Source of the DNA: the human T2T-CHM13v2.0 reference genome, Homo sapiens
DNA: 64,000 nt
NCBI RefSeq assembly: GCF_009914755.1
Contig: NC_060932.1
Reading direction: 5' to 3' (one strand)
Of this stretch, positions 43,079-57,993 are shown in pieces. The first letter of the stretch is position 1. Each line of letters begins with the position of its first letter. The notes under the pieces were generated by a model, which saw only the letters and a program-made list of their open reading frames with translations, was not told where the DNA came from and searched no databases. The translations under genes were made by a program, and so were the position numbers.

Positions 43079-45108
43079 TTAGGTTCTGGGCTGGTGATTT
43101 TTGGAGACCTACCAAAAGAAAAGAGCATCTTCTGTTCTTAAGGGCAGCTTGTCTCTTTCCTCCCTCAAGATGTTGTGCTTAAAGTGTTTCTCATGCTGAA
43201 GAGATGAATGAGCAACTCCTAGTTATCTTTAGGTTACCTGACTTTGTGAGCTTATCAGTTTGTCCTGTTTGATAGTTCCACTGTCCTAAACAGTAAGTTG
43301 GACTTTGTGGCTTTGTAGCTTCCTCACAAATCATCACATTTGAAAACCGGAAATATAATAGAAAAAATTATCTCTTATTCCCAAGAGATAAGAAAAAGCT
43401 CCAAGAAGCTCGTTTGTTGAAAAGCACTTAAGAACACGTTTTAGGGATCCTCAGAAATCTACATTCCAGCCTGACTCCACATCTACCAAGCAGAATCTGA
43501 AGGAGTTCAGTCTGCTTTCTCTCCTCCACACTCAACTGATAATGCAAAAATGTCGGAGTTGAAGCAGCTGTGGCATGCCTCTATCAAGCTGTCTCGGAAT
43601 TGGAAAGTGGGAAGAGGCATTTCAGAGAGTCAAGATATAATCTAGGGTTCAAACTGAACCAGGTCTCTAGCCAGATCCAGGCTTGGTCAGTGTCTGAACA
43701 TGGCAGCCAAGTTTCCATCAGCTTTGCTATAATTAACATCTGTATAGAGAATCATTTCTTAGTCATAGAAAATGAAACAAAATAGGAAGTTAACTAGCTG
43801 TTAGAGCTTGGATTTCATTTCTGGATAAATCAGTAGTCATCTCACAAAGATATTCTTTTTGTGCATAATCTCAAACCAGCTAAAAGAAATGGGATGAAAT
43901 AAGAGAAGGTCTGTTAGCAGCTGCTCTTAAATTTCCCCCTGTTGTCAGGACTTGTCTTAGTTTGGGTTTTGAACTCTTTTAAGTGGTGGTTGCCATTTTC
44001 AACTTTAGATAACCCCATAAATCTGGAAATAGTTAATGTGATTCATCTGGGAATCTGTTATTGTAATGACCTGTGTCCAAATGTCGGTTTTATAGTCATA
44101 CCTATTCCAAGAGCTGTGTTCTGTGAAAGGATGGCAAGTCATGGTTTCTGCAAACCTGAGTCACTGTTTCTACCTACATAAAGCCTATGATTTAACCTGA
44201 GTTTGAATTTGGCTTTTCTTTAAGGCTCCAGGCTGAGTTAGGACTGCTGGGGTGGAGATTAGGGTTACAGTGCAGGAGGAAGGACTTTTGCTCATTGAGA
44301 TGAGTAAAAAGTGGATCAGCCATTAGTAAGAAGACATTTTAATTGTTACAAGGTTACAAATGTTTCAAAGAGTTATTTTTGTAAGCTCCCTTTGTGATAT
44401 GAAACCTGAGGCATTTTTTTTCCCTGAAGATAAAAGACAGTAAGAGTTTTAGCAATGCTGACACACCTTCTCCTCTTCCTCTTCAAAAACTTCATCGCCT
44501 TCATCTCAGTTCATCAAAAATAAATTGAGGCTCTGTTTTGTAAAAAGCTCCCCTCTGAGAGGTTATAGATATGAAGAGGACAGAGTGCCTGCTCTCAGGG
44601 CTCACGGTCTTGTGGGGAAGACAGACATGTATACTGTAATTCTCAATCAGGGTGAACTAGGACGAGTGCAGAAGTCATTTCCTCTTGGAATCCTTCTCTG
44701 GCTTCCCCAATGTGAGTTTTTGACCCCATAATACTGTGCTTGTGGCCAAGGATGCCTGTTGCCAATGGGTATCCATTCTTCCCTTCTTTTTAGAACCAGA
44801 ACTTCAATTTTATTTGGGGTAACTTTGTACATACTACAATAATATATTTCCCAGTATCCTTTGCAACTACATGTGGCCATGTGACTAATTTTTGGCCAAT
44901 AAAATGTGAGTGTAAGTACTGTATGGGAGCCACCAAAGGGACCTGACTCAGCGAGGAGGACTTCCCCTTTTGTGTTCCTCCTTGTGATGGCCTGTCCTGT
45001 GAGATGTGTTGGCTAGGTATCCACGAGCTACTATAGCTTGGTCTATGAGATGACCTTGAGCATGGAAGCCATGTATTGAGGATATCAGAGCAGAAAAACA
45101 GTAATGTC

Positions 45109-45236
45109 ATCATCTGTAACACCGAATGTTGGATTAGAAATCTGAAGTCCGTCATAGCTCTGTGATGCTTTGACTCTTAGCTTCTATCTTCCATTTCCTA
45201 TGGGACTAAACACCTCAACAGCCTGTGTTATAGATT
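45109..45236 (+). repeat. ~130-bp dispersed direct repeat, copy 2 (inside MLT1)
   Basis: Matches 42948-43078 at offset ~2160. Confidence 0.92.
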
Positions 45237-45359
45237 CCTGAGAACTTAGTAGAGATGCCCTATCAGACCAGAACTATTCTACTGGCAATAATTTTTACAT
45301 GAGAGAGAAATGTATTTATATATTTTATAAGTTATGTTGGGTTTTCTTTTAAGTGCAGC

Positions 45360-45873
45360 TGTGAACCCCAAATATCTGACAGGTCTCAATCAGTTTAGGA
45401 AGTTTATTTTGCCAGGGTTAAGGATGGGCCCATGACAGAGCTTCAGGTGGTCCTGATGACATGTGCCCAACATGGTTGGGGCACAGCTTGGTTTTATACA
45501 TTTTAGGGAGATATGAGACATCGATCAGTATGGGTAAAATGTACATTGGTTCTGTCTGGAAAGGCAAGACAACTCGAAGCGGGGAGAGGGCTTCCAGGTC
45601 ACAGGTAAATGAGTGACAAATAGTTGCATTCTTTTGAGTTTCTGATTAGCTTTTCTAAAGGAAGCAATCAGATATGCATTTATCTCAGTGAGCCTAGGGA
45701 TGACTTTGAGTTCTGTCTGTCCTCTGTCTCCTTGTGGGCAAATTGTGAGACAGGTACGTGGCTATCTTTTTTAGGCACACAATGGGAGGCAGGTTTGCCT
45801 TAAGCAAGTCCCAGCTTGACTTTTCCCCTTCATTTAGTGATTTTGAGATCCTGAGATTTATTTTCCATTCACA
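45360..45873 (-). mobile_element. MER4A-type ERV1 solo LTR
   Basis: tgtgaaccccaaatatctga...cctgatgacatgtgccca...ttttccattcaca; TG...CA ends. Confidence 0.85.
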
Positions 45874-45965
45874 TGGCCAAACCTAATCATAACTCATACA
45901 TCTGCCATAAAACTTAACACACTGTATTTGCTTATTTGGTTTTCTAATTCTCCATATAGAGGGAC

Positions 45966-46264
45966 TTTATTTTTACATTTATTTATTTATTTTCAGACAA
46001 ACTCTCACTCTTTCGCCCAGGCTGCAGGGCAGTGGCATGATCTTGGCTCACTGTAACCTCCACCTCCTGGTTTCAAACAATTCTCATGCCTCAGTCTCCC
46101 CAGTAGCTGCACCACCATGCCCAGCTAATTTTTTTGTATTTTTAGTAGACACAGGGTTTTACCATGTTGCCCAGGCTGGTCTCAAACCCCTGAGCTGAGG
46201 CAATTCACCTGCCTGGGCCTCCCAAAGTGCTAAGATTACAGGTATGAACCACCACGCCCAGCTG
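45966..46264 (-). mobile_element. AluS (old, small deletion)
   Basis: Antisense dimer; flanked by gggactt. Confidence 0.9.
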
Positions 46265-47067
46265 GGACTTCAATCTCATTAAAAGAATAGGCCTTATTTT
46301 TTTAGTCCTCTTTGTGAAGATTTATGTATTAAATTAGCATGTACAGGAGTTCACTCTGAACATGTAGTGGGTGAACAGGGCCAGGAAAGATAATCTTCAA
46401 AATTGGGAGGACCGTGTTATGTCCAAAACATTATCTGAACGGGGACTTGAAGGGTATACTGGATCGTAGGAATTCACAGGCAGAAGGCTAAGGACTCCTA
46501 AAAGGAAGAAACTGCACCAACAGTGGCTCAGAGGCAGGGTCAAGGAATCAGTTGAAATTTGAGGAATAAAGAATGATAAGAACTTGCTTTAAGAGAGTAT
46601 GCCAATTATTTATTAATTTGCTCTTAGCTTGATTCCCTTTATTCTGTACTCTGCTATGTATTTTAGGGAAGTTTGGATCCTGTAAGCTGTATTTTCAAAG
46701 TGCTCTTTCTGGGAAGCACCGGAAAAAGATTGAAAGTCAGAAGGAGGAAATAAGAAACTCTCTTCTTTATTCTGGTTTCTGGCTACAACTCTTACAGTAG
46801 TGGCGGTGGCAAAGCAAACAGTGGTGAAAGAATAGGTGCAAGCAACAGAGGTGAAGGTGGCCCTGCAGAGGCAGTGCCACCATGGTGGTGACTCCAGTGG
46901 CAGCAGCAGCCAGGGAGAGAAAGATCCTGGGTCCCCACTCGGGAAGCTCAGAAAAAACAAGAGCAGGCTCAGCAGCGCAGAGCCCTTTGCCTCTGGGTTA
47001 TGCACTTGTTCTGCAGCCAGGGTAGTAGCACTTTCACCAAAAGTCTTTAACTCATGAGTGCCCTAAC

Positions 47068-47259
47068 CTTTTTTGCTTTTCTTTCTTTTTTTGAGAGAGG
47101 GTCTTACTCTGTCACCCAGGCTACAGTGCAATCGTGCAAACATGGCTCTCCGCAGCCTCCACCTCCTGGGCTCAAGCAAATCTCCCACCTCGGGCTCTGG
47201 AATAGCTGGGACTACAGGTGTGTGCCACCATTCCCAGCTCATTTTTATTTCATTTTATT

Positions 47260-47304
<45 letters not shown>

Positions 47305-47410
47305 GTAGAACTAGAGTCTCCCTATGTTGCACAGTCTGGTCTCAAATTCCCAGGCTCAAGCCATCCTTCTGCCTTGGCCTCCCAGAGTGCTGGAATTACA
47401 GGAGTAAATG
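47068..47410 (-). mobile_element. AluJ with (TTTA)n linker expansion
   Basis: Antisense diverged dimer. Confidence 0.88.
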
Positions 47411-47439
47411 AGTAAATGAGTAAACCACTGTACCTAACC

Positions 47440-47967
47440 ATTTCTTCACTTTTAAAAATGGAGTTTATGATGATTGAGACCCTTAATTTTAACTTAATAA
47501 ACTTTATCATTCTTTTATCCTTCAATAAAAGTCTTTTGATAATTTTTTGTGAAATAATTTTCTACACCAAGATGGTAAAGATAGTCTTCCATATTTCCTT
47601 CTAAAAGTTTTACAGGATTGCCTTTTATATTTGGCAATAAGTTATGAACATTGACTAAATTGATTTCAGTTAAATTGAAAATTGATTTTTTGATTGGATG
47701 AGATAGGGATTCAATGTCATTTTCAGTCATATGAGTTTAAACTTGCTCCAGCATACTTACTAAAAAGCCTTTTCTTTCCAGTGGTTCCATAATTTCATCT
47801 CTGTCATATATTTAGTATCCATACATGTATGAGTTTACTTTTGAACTATCTGTTCTACTTGATATTGTTTATTTACAATTATCTGTGCTAATACCACACA
47901 ATCTTAAATATCATAGTTTTATAATAAGTCTTGTGTATTAGTTAGAGTTTTCCAGAGAAATAGAAGC

Positions 47968-48007
<40 letters not shown>

Positions 48008-48545
48008 ATCTATCTATCAAGAGATTTTAAGAAATTGTGAGGGCTGGCAAGTTTAAAATATGCAGGGCAGGCTGGCAGGCTAGAGATTCAAGATCCTGGG
48101 AAGAGCTGATGTGGTAGTCTCAAGTAGAAAGGCAGTCTGAAGGCAGAATTTCTTCTTCCTTAGGAGTCCTCAGTCCTTTTAACTTAAGGCCTTCAACTGA
48201 TTAGATGAGGTTTACAAACATTATGGAGAATAATCTGCTTTATTGAAAGTCTACAAATGTAAATGTTAATAATATCTAAGAAAATACCTTCACAACAATA
48301 TCGAGACTAGTGTTTCTTTGACCGATCATCTGGGCACCGTAGCCAAGCCAAGCTGATATAAAATAAACCATCACAATCAATATGTGGTAGAAAATTCTCC
48401 TCACATTTTTCTTTTTCTTTGAGAATCTTGGCTACCCTTAACCTTTTACATTTTCATAAATAATTTAAAATCAACTTGCCAATCCAGGAAGATACCTTAG
48501 AAATATTTTGAAAGAGATTGTCCTGAATCTGTAGTTCAATTCAGA
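47440..48545 (-). mobile_element. old L1M ORF2 fragment
   Basis: ttgctccagcat...aataccacacaatctt...gttttataataagtctt. Confidence 0.65.
47934..48376 (-). mobile_element. MLT2 (ERVL) LTR with (TG)n
   Basis: tgtattagttagagttttccagagaaatagaa...ataaaataaaccatcaca. Confidence 0.8.
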
Positions 48546-49564
48546 TTTATTGAAAAGCAGATGTGGGATACGAGAGGACAAGATGAGTCAATTAGGACTT
48601 TAAGGTATTTATCCTGAGCAAGAGAAAGGATGGTTAGGACAGGTTTAGGAAAGAAGACCTAGAGTTTGCTTCTGAACATACTGAGTGGGACATATAAATT
48701 TGGAAGTTGTTAGCAAAAAATGGCAGTGAAAGTCATGAAATTGGATGGGATCTTCCAGAAATGGATGCAGAAAGAACAGAAGTAGTGATAGGATTAAGCC
48801 TTCAGCATTCAGTGTTTAGAGATCTGCAAGATAAGGAGGACCTAAAAAAAGAAAACCAAGTACAGTTACTGAGTTAGGAAAACCAAGAAAGTGTGGTTTC
48901 CTAAAAAGCTGTGCTAGAAAAATATTTCAAAGAGGGGAGAGTGACCATTGATCCAAAGCCTACTGATAAATCAAATAGGCTAAATACATCATCATTGATT
49001 AGGTTTAAGGCAGTGCAGATCATTGGATATTTTGGTAACGTGGTGGGGGCTGTATCATCTGACTAGAGTGAATTTTAGAAAAAGTGGATTGAAGGGAATT
49101 ATAGATTACATTTTCTATAAATTTTATACTATAAAATCACAACAAAGTGGTGCTTCAGGAGACTGCAGTATCCTGGAAGATGGTGGTTTTTGTTATTTGT
49201 TTAGATGAGAAAAATATTTCTAACAGAAACAATAACTGATAATTCATGAGAGAGGGAAGAATTGATAAAGCATGTCTCTAGGTAGTCTAGCTTTTAATAT
49301 TTTCCCTATGTATTTTACTCTCATAAAGGAATTTTTATAGCAATAGCTTTCTATGTAATTTATTCTCTGCAGTTACACTGTAAACTCTTTGTAGGCAGGA
49401 ATGAGGATTGAACTTTATGCTTGGTGGTCAGTAATAGGAGTTTGTAGTTGATTGATTAATTGATTAGTATCATATAGTGCTAATGATTATGGGATGCCTA
49501 ATGAATTAATGGCTCCCAAGGGCTTTGTAAAGCTGAAGCTAGGAGTGGGGCTAATTATTCTTAA

Positions 49565-49880
<316 letters not shown>

Positions 49881-51067
49881 AAAGGGATAGCTCTCTAATG
49901 ATGGGATTTTAGAAACCTGTAACAAGGGATTAGGAGAATGGGACAGGAATTCATCCTAGTCTTTACCACACGTTCTGACTAAAATAACATGTTTCCTGTC
50001 ATTAATGCAAATAACTACTAAGCTCTCCTTGTGAATGATTGAATGATAAAACTTAGCATTGCTAGTCATAAGCATAAATAAGCAGACATGCAGTATACCA
50101 GAGCTTCAGTGACAGATTTGCCAAGCCTACTTGCACATTAAGAAAGCAATATCCACACCTCTATTCCCTGGGATGATTCACTTCCTAAACAAAGTCCCCC
50201 TGATATGCTTTCTTGAAGAACAGAGCTTTGTCACTGACTTGCAATTGGAGAGGTAGGCCCTGGGTAGTCAGAAATTCCTTGAGTTTACCCATGACTAACA
50301 AGAGAGGTCATAATAGCAAGGCTCTCTTCCACTCCCTTCTAAAATAAATTTTCTTCTTACAGGGTCTCCAATATTTGAGAACTGACACATTCAATGTAAA
50401 AATAATCTGAGTAAAACCATCATCTAGTCCCTTTCCTTTGAGACCCATTTTTTTTTCCTCATCCACATCCTACCTATAAGGTAACAACCATCTTTAAACA
50501 GTCTCCTTTACAACTTGTTAGGGAACAAAGTGAAATATTGCTAAGGCAGGAGGGAAAGTTAAAAACTAAAAAGAAAATCTACGATTTTGTGAAAATGTAC
50601 ACATTTCATTTCTGCTCTAAACGTGAAATAACTTGTCCTATGGCAATATTCTGTGTAGGATAATGAGCCATATACTGTGGAGTGCTTCAGACATTGTTTC
50701 TTCCAAGGTTTATTTAATAAGCATGTCTTGATTACCTACTTTTATGAGTTTATTGATGGGTGAATAAATATTTGCCTTCCTTTTCCCACTGCCATTGCCT
50801 CAATGGAAGTGCCGATAACTGCTCCTGTGAATGAGGGTAGTAACCATTCAACTAAACTTCCTTCTTTTAATCCAGTGGCATTCACACGGATTTGCTGGCA
50901 CGACCTACAAAAGAATTTTGGAAAAACTTTTTTATCCCTTCACAGATTTCTAAACTGACACCTAGACATTTTCATTTTAAGTTTGCATAATTGCAAAACA
51001 TGTAATATCTCACCTTATAAAATGGGCATTAAAGATTGTTGTATTGCTTTAAAGAATACCTTATGGA

Positions 51068-51376
<309 letters not shown>

Positions 51377-51846
51377 TTATGGAATTTAAGTTCCAGAATG
51401 ATTTGATATATTAAATTACAAAAATTACACCTTTCTTAAAGTATAATTCACATACCATATAAAGAATCCATTTAAAGTATCCAATTCCCTGGACACTTTC
51501 AGTAGTCTTTAGTGTATTCACAGGATGGTGCAGCATCTACCACAATCTAAATTTCGAATATTTTTGTCACCCCTAAAAAAAGCTGTATACCCATTAGCAG
51601 TTTCCTCCTCCCTCCCTCCCTCCTTCATAATCTTCCCTCCCTTCAGCCCTAGGAAACTAATTTACTTCACTTTATGTAGATTTTCCCATTCTGGACATTT
51701 CATATAAATTGAATTATACAATTATGAGTCATTTGTGACTGATTTCTTTCACTTAGCATGTTTTCAGAATTCATCTATGTTATAACGTGTATCAATTCTT
51801 TATTACTTTTTATTGCTAAGTATATTTCATTGTATGCATATGCCAC

Positions 51847-52135
51847 CTTTTTTTTTTTGAGGCAAGGTCTGGCTCTATTGCCCAGGCTGGAGTGCAGTGG
51901 CATGATATCAGCTCACTGCAACCTCTGCCTCCTGGGCTCAAGCCATCCCCGCAGCCTCCCAAGTAGCTGGGACTACAGGTGTGCAACACCATGCCAGGCT
52001 AATTTTAGTATTTTTTTTAGGGACAGTGTTTCGCCATGTAACCCAGGATGGTCTCAAACTTACGAGCTCAAGTGATCTGTCCACCTTGGCCTCCCAAAGT
52101 GCTGGGATTACAGGTGTGAGCCACCGTCCCCTGCC
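51847..52135 (-). mobile_element. AluJ
   Basis: TSD tgcatat(g/a)ccacct. Confidence 0.9.
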
Positions 52136-52413
52136 TTGCATATACCACCTTTTATTTATTCATTCATCAGTTGAACATTTGGGTTGTTTTCAGTTTTTGA
52201 CTATTTGAATAATACTACTATGAACATTCATGTACAGGTTTTTTGGGAAGCAGCTTTTCTTTTGGGTAAATACATACCAATGAAATTGCAGGGCTATCTG
52301 GGAAGTTTATGTTCAATCTTTTGAGAAACCAAAAATAATGCTGTTTTTCAAAGCAGCTGCACCATTTTATATTTCCATCTGCAAAGTACAAGGGTTCTAA
52401 TTTCTTCATATCT

Positions 52414-52731
52414 TTTTTTTGTTTGTTTTTGTTTTTTTGGTTTTTTTTGAGGTGGAGTCTCACTCTATTGCCCAGGCTGGAGTGCAGTGGCCGCGATCTC
52501 CGCTCACTGCAAGCTCCGCCTCCCAGGTTCATGCCATTCTCCTGCCTCAGCCTCCTGAGTAGCTGGGACTACATGCGCCCGCCACCACGCCCGGCTAATT
52601 TTTTTCTATTATTAGGAGAGACGGGGTTTCACCGTGTTAGCCAGGATGGTCTCAATCTCCTGATCTCGTGATCCACCCACTTCGGCCTCCCAAAGTGCTG
52701 GGATTACAGGTGTGAGCCACCGCACCTGGCC
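52414..52731 (-). mobile_element. AluY
   Basis: TSD aatttcttcatatct at 52399 and 52732. Confidence 0.95.
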
Positions 52732-55303
52732 AATTTCTTCATATCTTTTCTAATATTAATCTGTCTTTTTGATTAGAGGCATCTCAACGAATGTGGAAAA
52801 GTAACTCAACTCATTGTGGTTTGGATTATGTAAAGATTAATGATGTTGAGCATTTTTTCATGCATGTGTTGCTTATTTGTATATCTTCTTTAGAGATATG
52901 TCTATTCAGATCCTTTGCCAACTTTTAAGAATTGGGCTACTTGTCATTTTATTACTGGGTTACAAGTCATTTATACATTCTGGATACAAGTTCCTCATCA
53001 AATATATGCTTTGCCAGTGTTTTCTCCCATTTCGTTTGTTGTCGTTTCACTATCATGATGTTTCAGTGTGCAACACAAAATTTTTTTTAACCAAATATAT
53101 CTAATTTTTCTTTTGTTGCTAATGTTTTTGGTGTAGCATGCAAAAATATATTGCCAAACCCAAGGTCATAAAGATTTTACTCCTAAGGTGGCTTCTAAAG
53201 TTTAATAATTTTTGGCTTTTACATTAAATCCATAATCAACATTAATTCTTGTGTACGTGTGGCATAGAGGCTCTCCTCCATTCTTTTGCATGTGGATATA
53301 CAGGTGTCCCAGCACCATTTGTTGCAAAGACTTTGTTTCCCATTGAATTATCTTATAACCCATTGTTAAAAGTCAACTAACAAAAATGTAACCAAATGTG
53401 AGGTGGTGGTGTTGTTTTTCTTTTTTTGTAGACTTTTAATTCATTCTATTTAAATAGCTATTCTTGTGCCATTACCACTATTCTTGATTAGTATAGCTTT
53501 GTAGTAAATTTTGAAATTGGGAAGTGTGAGTCCTTCAATTTGACCTTCTTAGTAAGCATGGTTTTGGCTATTCTGGGTTCTTCGGATTTCCAGAAACATT
53601 TTAGGGTCAGTTTATCAATTTCTGAAAAAATCCAGCTGGGATTTTGATAGGGATTGTGTTAAATTTGTAAATAAACTTGTTGAGTATTTCTACATTTTCA
53701 ATATTAAATGTTACAATACCTAAACATAGGATGTCTTTCCATTTATTTAAAAGTTGCTTGCAACACAATGTTTTGTTGCTTTAAGTATACAAGTCTTACA
53801 CTACTTTGTTAAGGTCTTTTCCTAATCATTTTTTATGCTATTATGAAAGAATTTTTTCTTTAATTTCATTTTGTATTGTTCATTGGTAGCACAGAGAAAT
53901 ACAGGTAATTATTGTATATTGATTTTATATACTACAACCTTTCTGATTATTAGTTCATGAGTTTGAGTAATTTTTTAGTGGATTCTTTAGAATATTCTGT
54001 ATACAAGATCAAGTCATATTCAAATAGAGATAGTTTTCTTTCTTTCTTTCATTTGGGATGCTGTGTATTGCTTTTACTTACCTAATTTCTACAGCTAGAC
54101 CCACCACACAATGTTGAATAGAAGTAGCTAGGGCAGATTTCAATGTCTTGTTCCTGATTGTAGGGGAAGAGTTTCAACCTTTTCTCATTAAGTGTAATAG
54201 TAACCTACATGTCCTTCATGAGATTTAAAATTTTTTTCTTCTATTTCTAGTTTTCTGAATGTTTTTTAAAATCATAAAAGGATGTTAGATTCTGTTAAAT
54301 GTCTTTTCTATGTCTATTGACATGATCACGTGGTTTTTGTTCTGTATTGTAATTATAAATAAGGTTTTGCATTGATTGTTTTTCAAATATTAAACAACCT
54401 TGAATTCCTGGGATCTGTCCATGGTTTTCAAAATGTCTATGGCTACTCATTGCCTAAACTTTAAATTAACATGACATTACAAGGCTTATCACAAATAGAC
54501 TCTTGTCTAGCTAACAGTTAGGTTCTCCCTTTTGATTCCTTAGAGCAGTCACAGGACTATTGATTGTTTTATACTATAAAGACAGTTTCAGTCTCCTTTT
54601 CTTTCTTTGTGCTACTCCTTCTGTCTGTAAAGCCCTTCCCATACTCCACTCCAATTTTTTTCAGTATTATCTATAATTCCTTCATATTCTCCCTTCTCTG
54701 TAAAGAATCTCCCCACCACTTCTTAAATTTCTTTGCTCTTACAGCGTGATGTATACATCTCTAATTTAGTTCTTATTTTATGGCCCATAATGTGATTTGC
54801 TAATTGTGTAACTGTCTCCCCTTCCAAACTGTAAACTTGTGAGCTTGGATTATATCTTCTTTCCATTTCTAATAGCAGCTAGAGAGATTCAAAAGCCATT
54901 ACCAAGTTAATTTGCATATTTAGATTTCTCAAGAGTACTCACCATGATCTAGGTGGGTTCTACTATCTCCTAAACTCAGGTCACTCCTCTCAAGTCTTGG
55001 AGGGTCATTGATTATCTTCTCAGAAAGGGAAACAGTATCCCCCTTGAAGAAAAACTGGGAACTAATTTTTTATATGAAAATAATATCACAGAAGATCTGG
55101 ACTATTAAAAAATATTTCTCATCATTCTAATAAAATAGAATAAACTCTATCATTCCTTCAAGCCATTTTCTGCATGTATATACATTTTCACATCAATGAA
55201 ACCATAGAATACACACAATATGAAAGTCTGCTTTTCTCAATTAATATAAGAAAATGTATGTTGTTTCTTAAATATCATTTACAGCTGTAAAATATTCTGT
55301 TGA

Positions 55304-55721
<418 letters not shown>

Positions 55722-56379
55722 AAGTTCTTGCTTTCATTTGGATTATTACTTCAGGCTAGATTGATTTCTCAAATTAGTGGAATTAACTAGGGTCAAAGGA
55801 TATAGTTAAATTACCATTTTTTAAAAAAAAGAGTACTTTTTTTTTCTAAATTTCAGGGTCATAGAGAGATATAGCTAGTAGGACATTTTTAGAAATTCTT
55901 CATTTATTAGATGGGGAAATTGAGAATCTCAGAAACAAATTGATTTGCTCAGTGTTGTACATTTAATGATACAATAGATTAGGATCGAGATTATATTATA
56001 CAATAAAGTGGGACAAAAACCAATTTGAGCATATTAAACAACTTGTTTTGTTTTTGTTTTTTAAAAATCCATTCCAATCTCTTTAAAATATAGACACTGA
56101 ATTAAATAGGCACTAAAAGCATCTTGACTCTTGGCTGTTATTTTTATAGTAAGCATATTTTGGACAAAGAGGTAAGTTATATTTTGTACACTTTAGCAAA
56201 TTAGGGCTGGACGACAGAGGAGAAGGGCATACAAATATAAGAAAAGACAGAAATTATATTTCTTTAATTTTCTAAGTGAAAAAGGAAGTAGAATATTTGA
56301 GTAATGTAGAAAATGATAGATGATATCCTATTTGGTATTATGTCATATTCTGTTAAAGCTAATTTTGATCAAAATTTAG

Positions 56380-56786
<407 letters not shown>

Positions 56787-57943
56787 CCAGAGTGCCATGT
56801 ACTTCTTGATATGCAACAATGAAATCAGAACTATATGCCATGTTTTATCACTTATATGTGTGCATAATCTTTATAAAATGAACGACAGCTAGAGAATGGA
56901 CAGATATACACATATCAGCTTTATGATAAAGTTGTGACTTTTGACCAGAAAATCTCTGGATAAATATCTGCATCATAAAAAGAAATTAAATCAGAATAGT
57001 GGGTCAGGTATTCTCTTGGCACGTTGGATAGTTGTGATTAGGAAAACTTGGTAAAAAAAAAAACAAAAGAAAAAAGACCTTGTGAATCATTGAAAACAAA
57101 ATGAGAGAGAGTATATAACTTTTCAGGAGACAATAAACATCATAAGCATCCATTCATATGTTCACTCATGAAAGTATAAACTAATTAAACATATCGATTT
57201 ATAGCCTTCTAAGTGCAATGTTGTGTGCTAACTCTGTAGAAGCATGTTAGAAGATATGCTGAATTGATGCTCAGAGACTTGTTCTAGATTACCTAGTTTA
57301 AAGTAAGAATTAAAGCAGCTACTGTGATGTAGAAAAAATGCAACAAAATCTATTTGGATATCCTTGTTCTGAAAGACCCTTCCTTACTCATTTTTCAAAA
57401 CGTATCATTTCTTCAGAGCATTAAATTCTAATTGTTGTGATCGAGTTGCTACTTCTGTTTATTTGTTTTGTTTTGTTTTCACTTCGTTTTAGGATTCGGA
57501 ACATATTATGGCCACTTTGACGTATCTGTATACCAGGTGTCATTATAAAACATTCACATACTACAACTTAGGGTATTGGCCACTATAATCCTTATTGTCT
57601 GAATCTTACTACTTCACACACCTTACTCAAGCTTCTATGAATAGGCAGGTGATAGCATAGAGAAGAGAAACAAACTAGGTGATTATAATTGATAAGTGAG
57701 CAATAAGATGCTCAAAGTGATTAATGCACTAATAAGAAGTATGTGTCTGATTTAGAGCAGAGACTGTCTGCCAAATCCTCACTTCCTGCATCGTCCACCA
57801 ATGCTTTCATACCCTAGACCTGCAGATAGGCAAGAGAAGATGGCATAGTTATGTATTAGCGATGGAAAGTAACTGAGAAAAAATCAGCAAAGTCACAGAA
57901 CAGGAAAGGGGTTTTGCTACTACAGGAATCCTACAAACTTCAG

Positions 57944-57993
57944 GGAGAGAGAGAGACACAGAGAGAGGAAAGAGAGAGAGAGAGAGAGAGAGA
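57944..57993. repeat. (GA)n microsatellite
   Basis: Direct reading. Confidence 0.9.

Larger units (their letters stand above)
44735..45900 (+). mobile_element. MLT1-type MaLR LTR, interrupted
   Basis: atttcccagtatcctttgcaactacatgtggccatgtgactaatttttggccaat...ttttacatgagagag...aacctaatcataactcataca. Confidence 0.75.
51430..54415 (-). mobile_element. L1MB/MC-type 3' UTR and ORF2, interrupted by two Alus
   Basis: gtataattcacataccat...ttctggacatttcatataaat...; antisense ORF2 landmarks continue to ccttgaattcctggga. Confidence 0.85.

Noticed and set aside
46613-47005. 130-aa minus-strand ORF
   Set aside because: No homology recognised and no exon context; the region looks like an old LTR-like or low-complexity remnant.
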